Assembly (NCBI RefSeq): GCF_964355755.1
Contig: NC_092677.1
Span: 21,749,175 to 21,813,174, forward strand
Origin: Antedon mediterranea
Lineage: Eukaryota; Animalia; Echinodermata
Direction: 5' to 3'
Length of the DNA: 64,000 bases
The notes beneath the pieces are model-generated. The model saw only the letters and a list, made by a program, of their open reading frames with translations. It had not been told where the DNA came from and ran no database searches. How positions within the stretch are numbered: the stretch's first letter is position 1; each line of letters begins with the position of its first letter. The position numbers and the translations under genes were made by a program. Below, one piece after another: positions 12,801 to 25,533 of the stretch.

Positions 12801-15800
12801 CTCACTTTGAAAAAAAATATTTATTTTCAATTAAAAAAAAAAAGAAGAAATATCCCTAGAGGTTCGAACCCACTACTGCGAGCACTCAAACTTGAGCAAT
12901 ACTCGTTATGCCTCAAACCAGTAGATGACTGAAGAGCTGATAATACTCTATTTATATTGAATGAATAATAAATCAATGAAATTTAAAAAAAAAGGTTCAC
13001 TTGTTTACAACCCTCAAAATATCTCACTTTCAAAAACAATATTTATTTTCAAATAAAAAAAAATTTAAAAAAAAATACCCGTATAGGTTCGAACCCACTA
13101 CTGAGAGCACTCAAACCTGAGCACTACCCGTTACGCCACAAACCAGAAGATGACTGAGGAGCTGATAATAGTCTATATATATGAAATGAATCATCAATCA
13201 ATGAAAAATAATGCCATGCAACTTTGTTTCTGATTGAAAAAAATGTTCACTTGTTTAGGCCTGATATTTACAACCCTCAAAATATCACACTTTCAAAAAC
13301 AATATTTATTTTCAAATAAAAAAAAAATATCCTTACAGGTTGGAACCCGCTACTGAGAGCACTCAAACCTGCGTATTACCCGTTACGCCACAAACCAGTA
13401 GATAACTGAAGAGCTGATAATAGTCTATTTATATGAAATTAATGATCAATCAATGAAAAATAATGCCATGCAACTTTGTTTCTGATTTAAAAAAAGATCC
13501 ATTTGTTTAGGCCTGACATTCACAACCCTCAAAATATCTCACTTTCAAAAACAATATTATTTTCAATAAAAAAAAAACAAAATACAAAATATCCGTAGAG
13601 GTTCGAACCCACTAGTGAGAGCACTCAAACTTGAGCATTACCCGTTACGCAACAAACCAGTAGATGACTGAAGAGCTGATAATACTCTATTTATATGAAA
13701 TTAATGATCAATCAATGAAAAATAATGCCATGCAACTTTGTTTCTGATTTTAAAAAAGGTTCATTTGTTTAGGCCTGACATTTACAACCCTCAAAATATC
13801 TCACTTTCAATAAAAATATTTATTTTCAATTAAAAAAAAAAGAAATAACCCTAGAGGTTCGAACCCACTACTGCGAGCACTCAAACTTGAGCATTACTCG
13901 TTACGCCTCAAACCAGTAGATGACTGAAGAGCTGATAATACTCTATTTATATGAAATGAATAATAAATCAATGAAAAATAATGCCATGCAACTTTGTTTC
14001 TGATTTTAAAAAAGATCCATTTGTTTAGGCCTGACATTCACAACCCTAAAAAATATCTCATTTTCCCAAAAAATATTTATTTTCAATAAGAAAAAAAAAA
14101 GCAATATCCCTAGAGGTTGGAACCCGCTACTGAGAGCACTCAAACCTGGGTATTACCCGTTACGCCACAAACCAGTAGATACCTGAAGAGCTGATAATAG
14201 TCTATTTATATGAAATTAATGATCAATCAATGAAAAATAATGCCATGCAACTTTGTTTCTGATTTTAAAAAAGGTTCACTTGTTTAGGCCTGACATTTAC
14301 AACCCTCAAAATATCTCACTTTCAAAAATAATATTATTTTCAATAAAAAAAAAGAAACAAAATATCCGTAGAGGTTCGAACCCACTAGTGAGAGCACTCA
14401 AACTTGAGCATTACCCGTTACGCCACAAACCAGTAGATGACTGAGGAACTGATAATAGTCTATATATATAAAATGAATGATCAATCAATGAAAAATAATG
14501 CCATGCAACTTTGTTTCTGATTTTAAAAAAGGTCCACTTGTTTAGGCCTGACATTTACAACCCTCAAAATATCTCACTTTCAAAAACCATATTTATTTTC
14601 AGTTTAAAAAAAAAAGAAAAAAATTATCCCTAGAGGTTCGACCCACTACTCAGAGCACTCAAACCTGGGTATTACCCGTTACGCCACAAACCAGTAGATA
14701 ACTGAAGAGCTGATAATAGTCTATTTATATGAAATTAATGATCAATCAATGAAAAATAATGCCATGCAACTTTGTTTCTGATTTTAAAAAAGGTCCACTT
14801 GTTTAGGCCTGACATTTACAACCCTCAAAATATCTCACTTTCAAAAAAAATATTTATTTTCAATTAAAAAAAAAAGATAAGAAATATCCCTAGAGGTTCG
14901 AACCCACTACTGCGAGAACTCAAACCTGAGCACTACCGGTTACGCCACAAACTTGTAGATGACAGAAGAGCTGATAACAGTCTATTTATATGAAATGAAT
15001 GATCAATCAATGAAAAATAATGCCATGCAACTTTGTTTCTGATTGAAAAAAATGTCCACTTGTTTAGGCCTGACATTTACAACCCTCAAAATATCTCACT
15101 TTCAAAAAAAATATTTATTTTCAATTAAAAAAAAAAAGAAAAGAAATATCGCTAGAGGTTCGAACCCACTACTGCGAGCACTCAAACTTGAGCATTACCC
15201 GTTACGCCTCAAACCAGTAGATGACTGAAGAGCTGATAATACTCTATTTATATGAAATGAATAATAAACCAATGAAAAATAATGCCATGCAACTTTGTTT
15301 CTGATTTAAAAAATTTTCACTTGTTTAGGCCTCACATTTACAACCCTCAAAATATCTCACTTTCAAAAAAAATATTTATTTTCAATTAAAAAAAAAAAGA
15401 AAAGAAATATCCCTAGAGGTTCGAACCCACTACTGCGAGCACTCAAACTTGAGCATTACCCGTTACGCCTCAAACCAGTAGATGACTGAAGAGCTGATAA
15501 TACTCTATTTATATGAAATGAATAATAAATCAATGAAAAATAATGCCATGCAACTTTGTTTCTGATTTTAAAAAAGGTTCGCTTGTTTAGGCCTGACATT
15601 TACAACCCTCAAAATATCTCACTTTCAAAAACAATATTTATTTTAAATAAAAAAAAAAAAAGAAACAAAGTATCCGTAGAGGTTCGAACCTACTAGTGAG
15701 AGCACTCAAACTTGAGCATTACCCGTTACGCCACAAACCAGTAGATAACTGAAGAGCTGATAATAGTCTATTTATATGAAATGAATGATCAATCAATGAA

Positions 15801-18595
15801 AAATAATGCCATGCAACTTTGTTTCTGCTTTTAAAAAAGATCCATTTGTTTAGGCCTGGCATTCACAACCCTAAAAAATATCTCATTTTAAAAAAAAAAT
15901 ATTTTTTTTCAATTAGAAAAAAAAACGCAATATCCCTAGAGGTTGGAACCCGCTACTGTGAGCACTCAAACCTGGGTATTACCCGTTACGCCACAAACCA
16001 GTAGATAACTGAAGAGCTGATAATAGTCTATTTATATGAAATGGATGATCAACCAATGAAAAATAATGCCATGCAACTTTGTTTCTGATTTTAAAAAAGG
16101 TTCACTTGTTTAGGCCTGACATTTACAACCCTCAAAATATCTCACCTTCAAAAACAATATTTATTTTCAAATAAAAAAAAAAAGAAAAAAAATATCCCTA
16201 GAAGTTCGAACCCACTATTGAAATCACTCAAACCTGAGCATTACCCGTTACGCCGCAAACCAGTATATGACTGAAGAGCTGATAATAGTCTATTTATATG
16301 AAATGGATGATCAATCAATGAAAAATAATGCCATGCAACTTTGTTTCTGATTTTAAAAAAGGCTCACTTGTTTAAGCCTGACAGTTGCAACCCTCAAAAT
16401 ATCTCACTTTCAAAAACAATATTTATTTTCAATAAAAAAAAAATTAAAAAAAAATACCCGTAAAGGTTCGAACCCACTACTGAGAGCACTCAAACCTGAG
16501 CATTACCTGTTACGCCACAAACCAGTAGATGACTGAGGAGCTGATAATAGTCTATATATATGAAATGAATGATCAATCAATGAAAAATAATGCCATGCAA
16601 CTTTGTTTCTGATTGAATAAAATGTTCACTTGTTTAGGCCTGACATTTACAACCCTCAAAATATCTCACTTTCAAAAACAATATTTATTTTCAAATAAAA
16701 AAAAAAAAGAAAAAAAATATCCCTAGAGGTTCGAACCCACTATTGAAATCACTCAAAACTGAGCATTACCCGTTACGCCGCAAACCAGTATATGACTGAA
16801 TAGCTGATAATAGTCTATTTATATGAAATGGATGATCAACCAATGAAAAATAATGCCATGCAACTTTGTTTCTGATTTAAAAAATTTTCACTTGTTTAGG
16901 CCTCACATTTACAACCCTCAAAATATCTCACTTTCAAAAAAAATATTTATTTTCAATTAAAAAAAAAGAAAAGAAATATCCCTAGAGGTTCGAACCCACT
17001 ACTGCGAGCACTCAAACTTGAGCATTACCCGTTACGCCTCAAACCAGTAGATGACTGAAGAGCTGATAATACTCTATTTATATGAAATGAATAATAAATC
17101 AATGAAAAATAATGGCATGCAACTTTGTTTCTGATTTTAAAAAAGGTTCGCTTGTTTAGGCCTGACATTTACAACCCTCAAAATATCTCACTTTCAAAAA
17201 CAATATTTATTTTAAATAAAAAAAAAATAGAAACAAAATATCCGTAGAGGTTCGAACCTACTAGTGAGAGCACTCAAACTTGAGCATTACCCGTTACGCC
17301 ACAAACCAGTAGATGACTGAAGAGCTGATAATAGTCTATTTATATGAAATGAATGATCAATCAATGAAAAATAATGCCATGCAACTTTGTTTCTGCTTTT
17401 AAAAAAGATCCATTTGTTTAGGCCTGGCATTCACAACCCTAAAAAATATCTCATTTTCCAAAAAAATATTTATTTTCAATAAGAAAAAAAAAAGCAATAT
17501 CCCTAGAGGTTGGAACCCGCTACTGAGAGCACTCAAACCTGGGTATTACCCGTTACGCCACAAACCAGTAAATAACTGAAGAGCTGATAATAGTCTATTT
17601 ATATGAAATTAATGATCAATCAATGAAAAATAATGCCATGCAACTTTGTTTCTGATTTTATAAACGGTTCATTTGTTTAGGCCTGACATTTACAACCCTC
17701 AAAATATCTCACTTTCAAAAAAAAAAATTATTTTCAATAAAAAAAAAAGAAAAGAAATATCCCTAGAGGATCGAACCCACTACTGCGAGCACTCAAACTT
17801 GAGCATTACCCGTTACGCCTCAAACCAGTAGATGACTGAAGAGCTGATAATACTCTATTTATATGAAATTAATAATAAATCAATGAAAAATAATGCCATG
17901 CAACTTTGTTTCTGATTTTTAAAAAGTTCACTTGTTTAGGCCTGACAGTTACAACCCTAAAAATATCTCACTTTCAAAAACAATATTTATTTTAAATAAA
18001 AAAAAAAGAAACAAAATATCCGTAGAGGTTCGAATCCACTAGTGAGAGCACTCAAACTTGAGCATTACCCGTTACGCCACAAACCAGTAGATGACTGAAG
18101 AGCTGATAATAGTCTATTTATATGAAATGGATGATCAATCAATGAAAAATAATGCCATGCAACTTTGTTTCTGATTATAAAAAAGGTTCACTTGTTTAGG
18201 CCTGACAGTTGCAACCCTCAAAATATCTCACTTTCAAAAACAATATTTATTTTCAATTAAAAAAAAAAGAAAAAAAAATACCCGTATAGGTTCGAACCCA
18301 CTACTGAGAGCACTCAAACCTGAGCATTACCCGTTACGCCACAAACCAGTAGATGACTGAGAAGCTGATAATAGTATATATATATGAAATGAATGATCAA
18401 TCAATGAAAAATAATGCCATGCAACTTTGTTTCTGATTGAGAAAAATGTTCACTTGTTTAGGCCTGACATTTACAACCCTCAAAATATCTCACTTTCAAA
18501 AACAATATTTATTTAAAAAAAAAAAAATAATCCTTACAGGTTCGAACCCACTACTGGGAGCACTCAAAACTGAGCATTACCCGTTATGCCATAAA
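9893..18595. repeat. ~260-bp satellite, block 3 (~33 units)
   Basis: Same unit, with a few internally deleted units (~12735, ~12980). Confidence 0.98.
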
Positions 18596-18696
18596 GTAGT
18601 ACACGACAGAACAGTTTATAATAGTCTATTTATAAGTGTATTACGTAATTCATCATTACGTCATAAATATCATATTAACCTTTTTAAAACCAAAAT

Positions 18697-18945
18697 GGCC
18701 AGTTAGCTCAGACGACTGTGCGTCGTGTTGACAACACGTATGTCGTGGGTTCGATTCCCACGCTGGTCGGTGGAATAGAGTTAAAGGTATGCGACCAACT
18801 GTGTTTGGGGTTCACAGAATTTACGTCCCCCTTTCCACCACACATCTTGAGAAGGCACTAGCAATGCATCTGGTGATGATGTGGTGGAAACGACCCCAAG
18901 GCCGTGGCAGGGCCTTAGTGCTGAGGCAGGGAGAGCACATTTTTA
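18697..18945 (+). ncRNA. tRNA-headed structured Pol III RNA or SINE-like gene, copy 1
   Basis: Head 18697-18769: acceptor GGCCAGT/GCTGGTC, T arm GTGGG-TTCGATT-CCCAC, loop TTGACAA, scaffold similar to tRNA-Ile. ~175-nt body with nested stems; first T4 run directly after the terminal hairpin. Confidence 0.6.
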
Positions 18946-20074
18946 AATTTTTTTTTGGCTTTCGCTACATGTATTTGATCTCGTAAATTTTATGTTTAGC
19001 GCCCTCAATTTAATGTAAAAAGAAATTAATTTATCTTCGTTACGTGTTTAGAAGAGAATGTATGTCTCACCGTAGTTTGGTATGCCGTTTGTTATTATGC
19101 AAATGAGTTTTTGCAGGTGTAGTGGGAAAGATGGTATTGTTAGTAATTCGCGGTCAACACGACACACTGTTGAATTTTGATTTTGTTAATCAATGTTGCT
19201 ACATTGGTAGCGAAATGTCCGATTCATGCAAGAGATTGTATTGTAATATGTTATGAATAAACATTTATGGATGGTAGTTGGTGTGTATGGCCGCACCGTC
19301 CCAGAATAAACATGTTTTAAACAGATAATTTGTATCCGATGATTTTTGTATGGGGTTAATGGAGAGTGAAATAGATCAAATATAGAACATTTACAAAGAT
19401 CCCAATTTCCAGACTGATTTCGAAACTTAGACTAATTCCGCCGCCGGGCTAGGCCTTAGGCATATACGAAGTCGAGTTTTTAAAGTAGAAAACTCTACCT
19501 AAACTTTTGAATTCGCATCTGGATAGTTGAATTTTAACAAATATCATAAATATCATAGGTGATTATGTATGGTAATAAGTATAAGTATAAGTGCAATTCT
19601 GGGCTCTATTTTCATTATTAGCTCTGCCCCCCCCCCCCCCCCCCCAAACATGGTGGGCTAGTAGGCCTACTGGAGACCTAATATTTAATTTCATATTTCA
19701 ATGAATAGGTGCACTTTCCGGGGACAAGCTCTATTGTCCTTGTTAGTCTTATATATTTTGTTTCATATAATTTCAAATCATGTAAAGTACCATTTTCAGG
19801 CGGGAGTCTGTGCAACTCTATTTTTTTATTTTAAACAGTTTGGTATGCCGTCGTGGTTGTTAGGCAAATGAGCTTGTGCACGTGTATTATGGGGAAGATA
19901 ATATGTTAATCATTCGCGGTCAACACGCCAAACTGTTACATTTTGATGCTGTTAATATTTACATTAGAATATTGTTCAAATCATGTAAATAAAACATTTT
20001 CCGGGCGGGAACCCAGCAGGAGGAGCACATTGGCTTCTTTTGGAGGCTTTATGGCAGTCTTTTTACATGTATTT

Positions 20075-20712
20075 GATTTCAAAAACAATATTTATTTTCT
20101 ATTTAAAAAAAAAAAGAAAAAAAATATTCATAGAGGTTCGAACCCACTACTGAGAGAACTCAAACCTGAGCATTACCGGTTACGCCACAAACCAGTAGAT
20201 GAGTGAAGAGCTGATAATAGTCTATTTATATGAAATAAATGATCCATCAATGTAAAATGATGTTATGCAACTTTGTTTCTGATTTTAAAAAAGGTCCACT
20301 TGGTTAAGCTTGACATTTAAAACCATAAAAATATCTCACTTTCAAAAACAATATTTATTTTCAAATAAAAAAAAAAGAAAAAAAATATCCCTAGAAGTTC
20401 GAACCCACTATTGAAATCACTCAAACCTGAGCATTACCCGTTACGCCCCAAACCAGTATATGACTGAAGAGCTGATAATAGTCTATTTATATGAAATAGA
20501 TGATCAATCAATGAAAAATAATGCCAGGCAACTTTGTTTCTGATTTTAAAAAAGGTTCACTTGTTTAGGCCTGACAGTTGCAACCCTCAAAATATCTCAC
20601 TTTCAAAATAATATTTATTTTCAATTTAAAAAAAAAAGAAAAAAAATACCCGTATAGGTTCGAACCCACTACTGTGAGCACTCAAAACTGAGCATTACCC
20701 GTTACGCCATAA
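20075..20712. repeat. ~260-bp satellite, terminal block (~2.5 units)
   Basis: Same unit, lying between the two copies of the array-end segment. Confidence 0.95.
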
Positions 20713-21490
20713 AGTAGTACACGACCGAACAGTTTATAATAGTCTATTTATAAGTGTATTACGTAATTCATCATTACGTCATAAATATCATATTAACCTT
20801 GTTAAAACCAAAATGACCAGTTAGCTCAGGCGATTGAGCGTCGTATTGACAACACGTATGTTGTGGGTTCGATTCCCACGGTGGTCGCTGGAATAGAGTT
20901 AAAGGTATGCGACCAACTGTGTTTGGGGTTCACAGAATTTACGTTCCCCTTTCCACCATACATCTTGAGAAGGCACTAGCAATGCATCTGGTGATGATGT
21001 GGTGGAAACGACCCCAAGGCTGTGGCAGGGCCTTAGTGCTGATGCAGGGAGAGCACATTTTAAATTTTTTTTTTGGCTCGTTGATCTCGTAAATTTTATA
21101 TTTAGCGCCCTCAATTATAATGTAAAAAAAGAAATTAATTTATCTTCGTTAAGTGTTTAGAAGAGAATGTATGTCTCACCGTAGTTTGGTATGCCGTTCG
21201 TTGTTATGCAAATGAGTTTGTGCAGGTGTAGTGGGATGGTATTGTTAGTAATTCGCGGTCAACACGCCACACTGTTGAATTTTGATTTTGTTAATCAATG
21301 TTGCTACATTGGTAGCGAAATTTCCGATTCATGCAAGATATTGTATTGTAATATGTTATGAATAAACGTTTATGGATGATAGTTGGTGTGTATGGCCGCA
21401 CCATCCCAGAATAAACATGTTTTAAACAGATAGTTTGTCTCTTATGATTTTTGTATTGGGTTACTGGAGAGTGAAATAAGATCAAATATA
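20705..21490 (+). repeat. Second copy of the array-end segment 18590-19385 (~2.1-kb period)
   Basis: Colinear high similarity from gccataaagtagtacacgac through ggagagtgaaata. Confidence 0.9.
20815..21062 (+). ncRNA. tRNA-headed structured Pol III RNA or SINE-like gene, copy 2
   Basis: Paralogue of 18697-18945; D stem GCTC/GAGC intact in this copy; same body and oligo-T. Confidence 0.6.
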
Positions 21491-21946
21491 GAATAATTAT
21501 ATAGTATTTTTTCTGGATGTTTTTGTATGTGACTATTTCGCTGTGCTCCACCACTGGCGCCAAATTGGATCCACAGGAGCACAGTGTATTAACATACGAA
21601 AATATATATTGAAACTTAATTGGGTCCACTGGGGCATAGTGTATTAACATACGAAAAGATTTTAACATTCAGTGACTTATTTCTATTTTATATCACTGTG
21701 CTCCACTGGTGCGTGCCAAATTTTGTCCACTTGAGCACAGTGTATTAACATACGAAAGGTATTGAAACGCAATTCTTATATTTAACAATTAATTGCCAGA
21801 ATGTAGGCCTATGCTTCATTCCCCCCCCCCCCCCCCCCCCAATGTAGAAACTATTGAGGCAGTGTTATAAAAAATTTTTGAAAGGCAATAACTTTTTTTC
21901 AGCTGGCGTAATTATTTTTAAAAACTCACGCCATATTAATAGGGCT

Positions 21947-22771
21947 AGTCTGGGTTCCAGACGGAGTTTTGTCTTAATATTAGTTAAAAGATAAATATTT
22001 TGGCACATATGGCGTTTCATACGTATACTACTTGATTTTGGATACTCCGTCTGGGGAAACACGCACAAGTCACGTGGTTTGACACCAAGAATTCTTGGTG
22101 CATACGATTATCCGGTTGACTAGTTTCAGCTGCATGCGATTGGCTACTCTCTCGTACACGGTTTAAATATTCATATTTCAGAATTTCAAAGACTCAACAA
22201 CTAAGATGATGCGCATGCGCTATGTTACGTTTAGACAATGTGTACTTTGGTACATTTATGAAAGTTCTGAAGGCTAGAAATTATTTTATATGCCTAGTAG
22301 TCTGGTAAACATTTGATGGGATCTTTGAAACATGAAAACTCGTCTTGATATGATAGGCTAGCTTCTCCGCAAATCAAACATTGAATGGATCATTTATTAC
22401 GCGGAGATAAATTTGATTTAATTCCCACCCAGACCCTGTCCTGTTCTGTGTAGTGGTGTAGCCCTGTTGTGTGCCGGTGGTATGTAGGCCTACTTCATTG
22501 GCGTTTTATTTGGCAGGTCATACGTGCGAGTTGAGTAGGACCTACGAAAGAGGCCTAGGCCAAGGACTAAACAATTAATAAACAAAACAACTTGGCATTA
22601 CTATTTTATATTTCAACAGTCTCGATCGTACATTAAGCACTGGTAGGCCTACTACGTACTCGATCTCTTTCATTTTGAAACAAAATGATCATTGGTTGAT
22701 TCGAAATCCATATTTACATACCGCCCGCCCCATATAGCCAAATACGGTATGATAACCTACGTCATTCTTAT
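21947..22771 (+). repeat. Dispersed repeat with Crypton-like palindromic head; inverted copy at 62064-62711
   Basis: AGTCTGGGTTCCAGAC...ACTCCGTCTGG head; patchy homology to the reverse complement of 62064-62711. Confidence 0.7.
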
Positions 22772-23379
22772 CGTATGTTTGCGGTCTGCAAATCGATTTC
22801 TATACGTGTTTCACAAGTCTGTATTTTCAGACAAAAATCGCGGTCGAAATAAAAACAAATAAATTAAAAAAAAAAGATAATACAGACTTGGGGCAAGTCT
22901 ATAATAGGGCCTATCATTATCTCGGTCACTAATCAACACAATCACTAAAACAAATCATTTTCAATTTTTTTAATACAGTGAGATAGCAATATTTTATGAT
23001 GATAGACAATTTTAGATATATGTTTTACATATTGAAATTGAAATATGGTTTATGAATTTTAAAACTGGGAACAGCCTTGTTTAATGTTGTATGTACGGAC
23101 TCATATCGTCGCCGTTTTGATATGTACAGCTGGTCCTTTATAAAACCACTCTTATCTCTATAGTTTAAAAATAAAAACAGAAATTAAAACATACTTTTAT
23201 TCTAAAATGGCCCCAGTTAAATCGAATTATTCGATGAAAAGGAGCTGTTTTGTAAGGCATTTTTTATTGTGATAAAGGTAATTTAACGGTGGCTAAATCA
23301 TGTGAACATGTTATATAATGGCCCAAAATTGATTGATGTGGGTGAGAGAAAAAATTTAGGTGAAAAATCGAAGATATAA

Positions 23380-23543
23380 CAGTGTGGTGCGGAACTGCAG
23401 TTGCGTCCGGAAGAAGAGAGCCGAAGAAGGCAGTAACGGCGTTCCATAGTTGTTGTTTACGACGATCGACGATCGAGGGGAGGAGGAGAGACGGAACAAC
23501 GGTCGTGTATGTTGGAGGAGAGAGAGAGACGATCGCTGTAAGT
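23380..23543 (+). promoter_or_regulatory. Putative CpG-rich first (non-coding) exon with splice donor
   Basis: GC/CpG-rich island in AT-rich context, ETS-like CCGGAAG (~23407), consensus donor GTAAGT at 23538-23543, followed by a CTAG/AGGCCT-rich tract. No downstream exon identified. Confidence 0.4.
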
Positions 23544-23962
23544 TTGATGTTTACGTTTATGCATAGAACATTTCTAGTGGTTAGATAATAGATTATACGC
23601 CTAATTAAGATTAAAATAGGCATATGCCTAGGCCTATATTCTAGTTAAGCGCGTTCTTTTGTTGTTGTTGCCTAACCTAAATGAATAAAAATAAGGCTTA
23701 GCGGTTAGCCTTATTAGGCTAAGGCCTATAGGCCTAGGTAGGTAGTTGTAGGCCTAGTAGGCTAGGCCTCTAGGGCCTAGGCTAGTTAGGTAGGCTAGCT
23801 AGGCCGGTATAATGCGTCACAAAATAAACATGAATAATTCATCAGGGATCAACCTGGACTAGTAGACACTAACACAATAACAAATCATCCTGCCATAAAC
23901 AGAAAAAAATGGAAACAAATTGTGGAAGGGTAATGTCGGAAGACGGAAAACGTTAGCAACAT

Positions 23963-25533
23963 TCAACCTGAGTTTTCGGCATGTATTGAATATAGGACTA
24001 TTCCATTATTATTTATAGGGGTGTTAGTCAATATGTTGGGTTGGGTGTGCCAGGCTTGTTGAGGCTTCTATTGTTCGTTTCATTATTGTGCCAATTGTTT
24101 TTGTATTTCACTGTGTTTGATAAAAACAAACAAAAAACTGCTGCTGCAGTTAGTCTATGTGTCTGTAAATTATATCGTATTTTACACTATATAGCCTATA
24201 GGCCCTAACATGTTTTTTTACCGTCAACAGTTAAATCATATCATGTTTTATTTTACATTTCATGTATTATTATTATATGTTTTTTTTTCTCAACAGCCGA
24301 ATCAAGTTATATAGCCTCTTACAAATAACAAGAAAAAATACATTCAAACGTTATTCACAATAAGGAATACCATACAGACAAAACAAATACATGCCAATAA
24401 TCTTAATTCAATAACTTTTAACAATAACAAACTCCATTATAACATTTCTTTTTCTACTTGTCTAAACATCTTGTTTCTGTCATGTTCTTATGTTCCCTAC
24501 AATGTTCATTGTATCTAAACTTGATCTGGGATTCTCTGTAAACGTTTCTTTTTTTAAAATAAACAACAACATTTTTATAAATCTATGCCTATATTACATA
24601 GATGTTTTCAATCTTCAAAGTACGTCTTCTATTAAAATCTGTTTATCAACTATATTTAGATTGATTTCAATATAAAATATTTAAGTAATTGATATTTACA
24701 ATCGATCGGAAATCTTTAAAAAACCAATCTATTAAAATTAGACCTACAGTACCATCTATGCTTGATCATTAAATAATTAATATGGATGTTACAATCATCA
24801 AAATATGCCTTATATTAAAATGACCATCAAATAAAGTGGAAGGTTTATTCCAGAGTACAGGACCTGGATGTGGTAGGATGGACACTTAACAGTAAACCAC
24901 AGTAAGAATGTTGTTGATCCAATAACAGGAGTTTTAAATTAATTAATTAAACAGATTAAGTAAGTTAAAATAGTATATGTTCCTTGTGCCTTATTAAATA
25001 ATGTTAAAGTTCTTGTGCCTTATATTTGAATAAAGTTTGAAGAATGTATCTTTCGATCTATCGATTTTTTTCTTGTTGTTTGTAGAGGCTATTTGATTCA
25101 AATGTTGAGAAAAAAACAAACATGGATGTATTTATATAAATTAAAACATAAATTGGATATTTTATATAAATTAAAACATAAATTAAATAAGATTAAAATA
25201 TATATGAATCTTTTTCTTGATCTTTTCTTGTTATTTAGAGGCTACTTGATTTAACTGTTGAGTAAAAAAACATGTTAGGGCCTATAGGCTACTGTATATA
25301 GTGTAAAATACGATATTATTTACAGACACATAATAAAAGCTATAGGCTAACTACAGCAGCAGTTTTTTGTTTGTTTTTATCAAACACAGTAAAATACAAA
25401 ACAATTGGCACAATGACACAAACAATAGAAGCCTCAACAAGCCTGGCACACTCAACCCAACATATTGACTAACACCCCTATAAATAATAATGGAATAGTC
25501 CTATATTCAATACATGCCGAAAACTCAGGTTGA
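23963..25533. repeat. Foldback / long inverted repeat (arms ~280 bp or more)
   Basis: 23963-24238 is the reverse complement of 25247-25533 (TCAACCTGAGTTTTCGGCATG.../...CATGCCGAAAACTCAGGTTGA); no TSD seen. Confidence 0.85.

Noticed and set aside
1-18595. CRISPR-like array
   Set aside because: Whole units are homologous, there are no unique spacers or cas genes, and the context is eukaryotic.
865-18706. Family of 60-90 aa MFLILKK.. ORFs
   Set aside because: They start at TTG, run through variable poly-A tracts and change frame between units; by-products of the satellite.
18868-18930. C/D box snoRNA (GTGATGA...CTGA) in the tRNA-headed RNA
   Set aside because: Box spacing is short, terminal stem geometry is non-canonical, the C box overlaps a long stem and I recognised no rRNA guide; not excluded but unsupported.
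18770-18945. RNase P/MRP, telomerase RNA or hammerhead ribozyme identity
   Set aside because: No correctly ordered P4 motifs, no CTAACCC template and no CTGANGA core.
21535-21760. Three copies of CACAGTGTATTAACATACGAAA with short inverted repeats
   Set aside because: Most likely a degenerate TE-internal repeat; no boundaries or function can be inferred.
19627-21840. Poly-C runs at ~19627 and ~21820
   Set aside because: Simple homopolymers with no further structure.
23830-23935. Possible LINE 3' remnant (AINRKKWKQIV)
   Set aside because: Too short to support.
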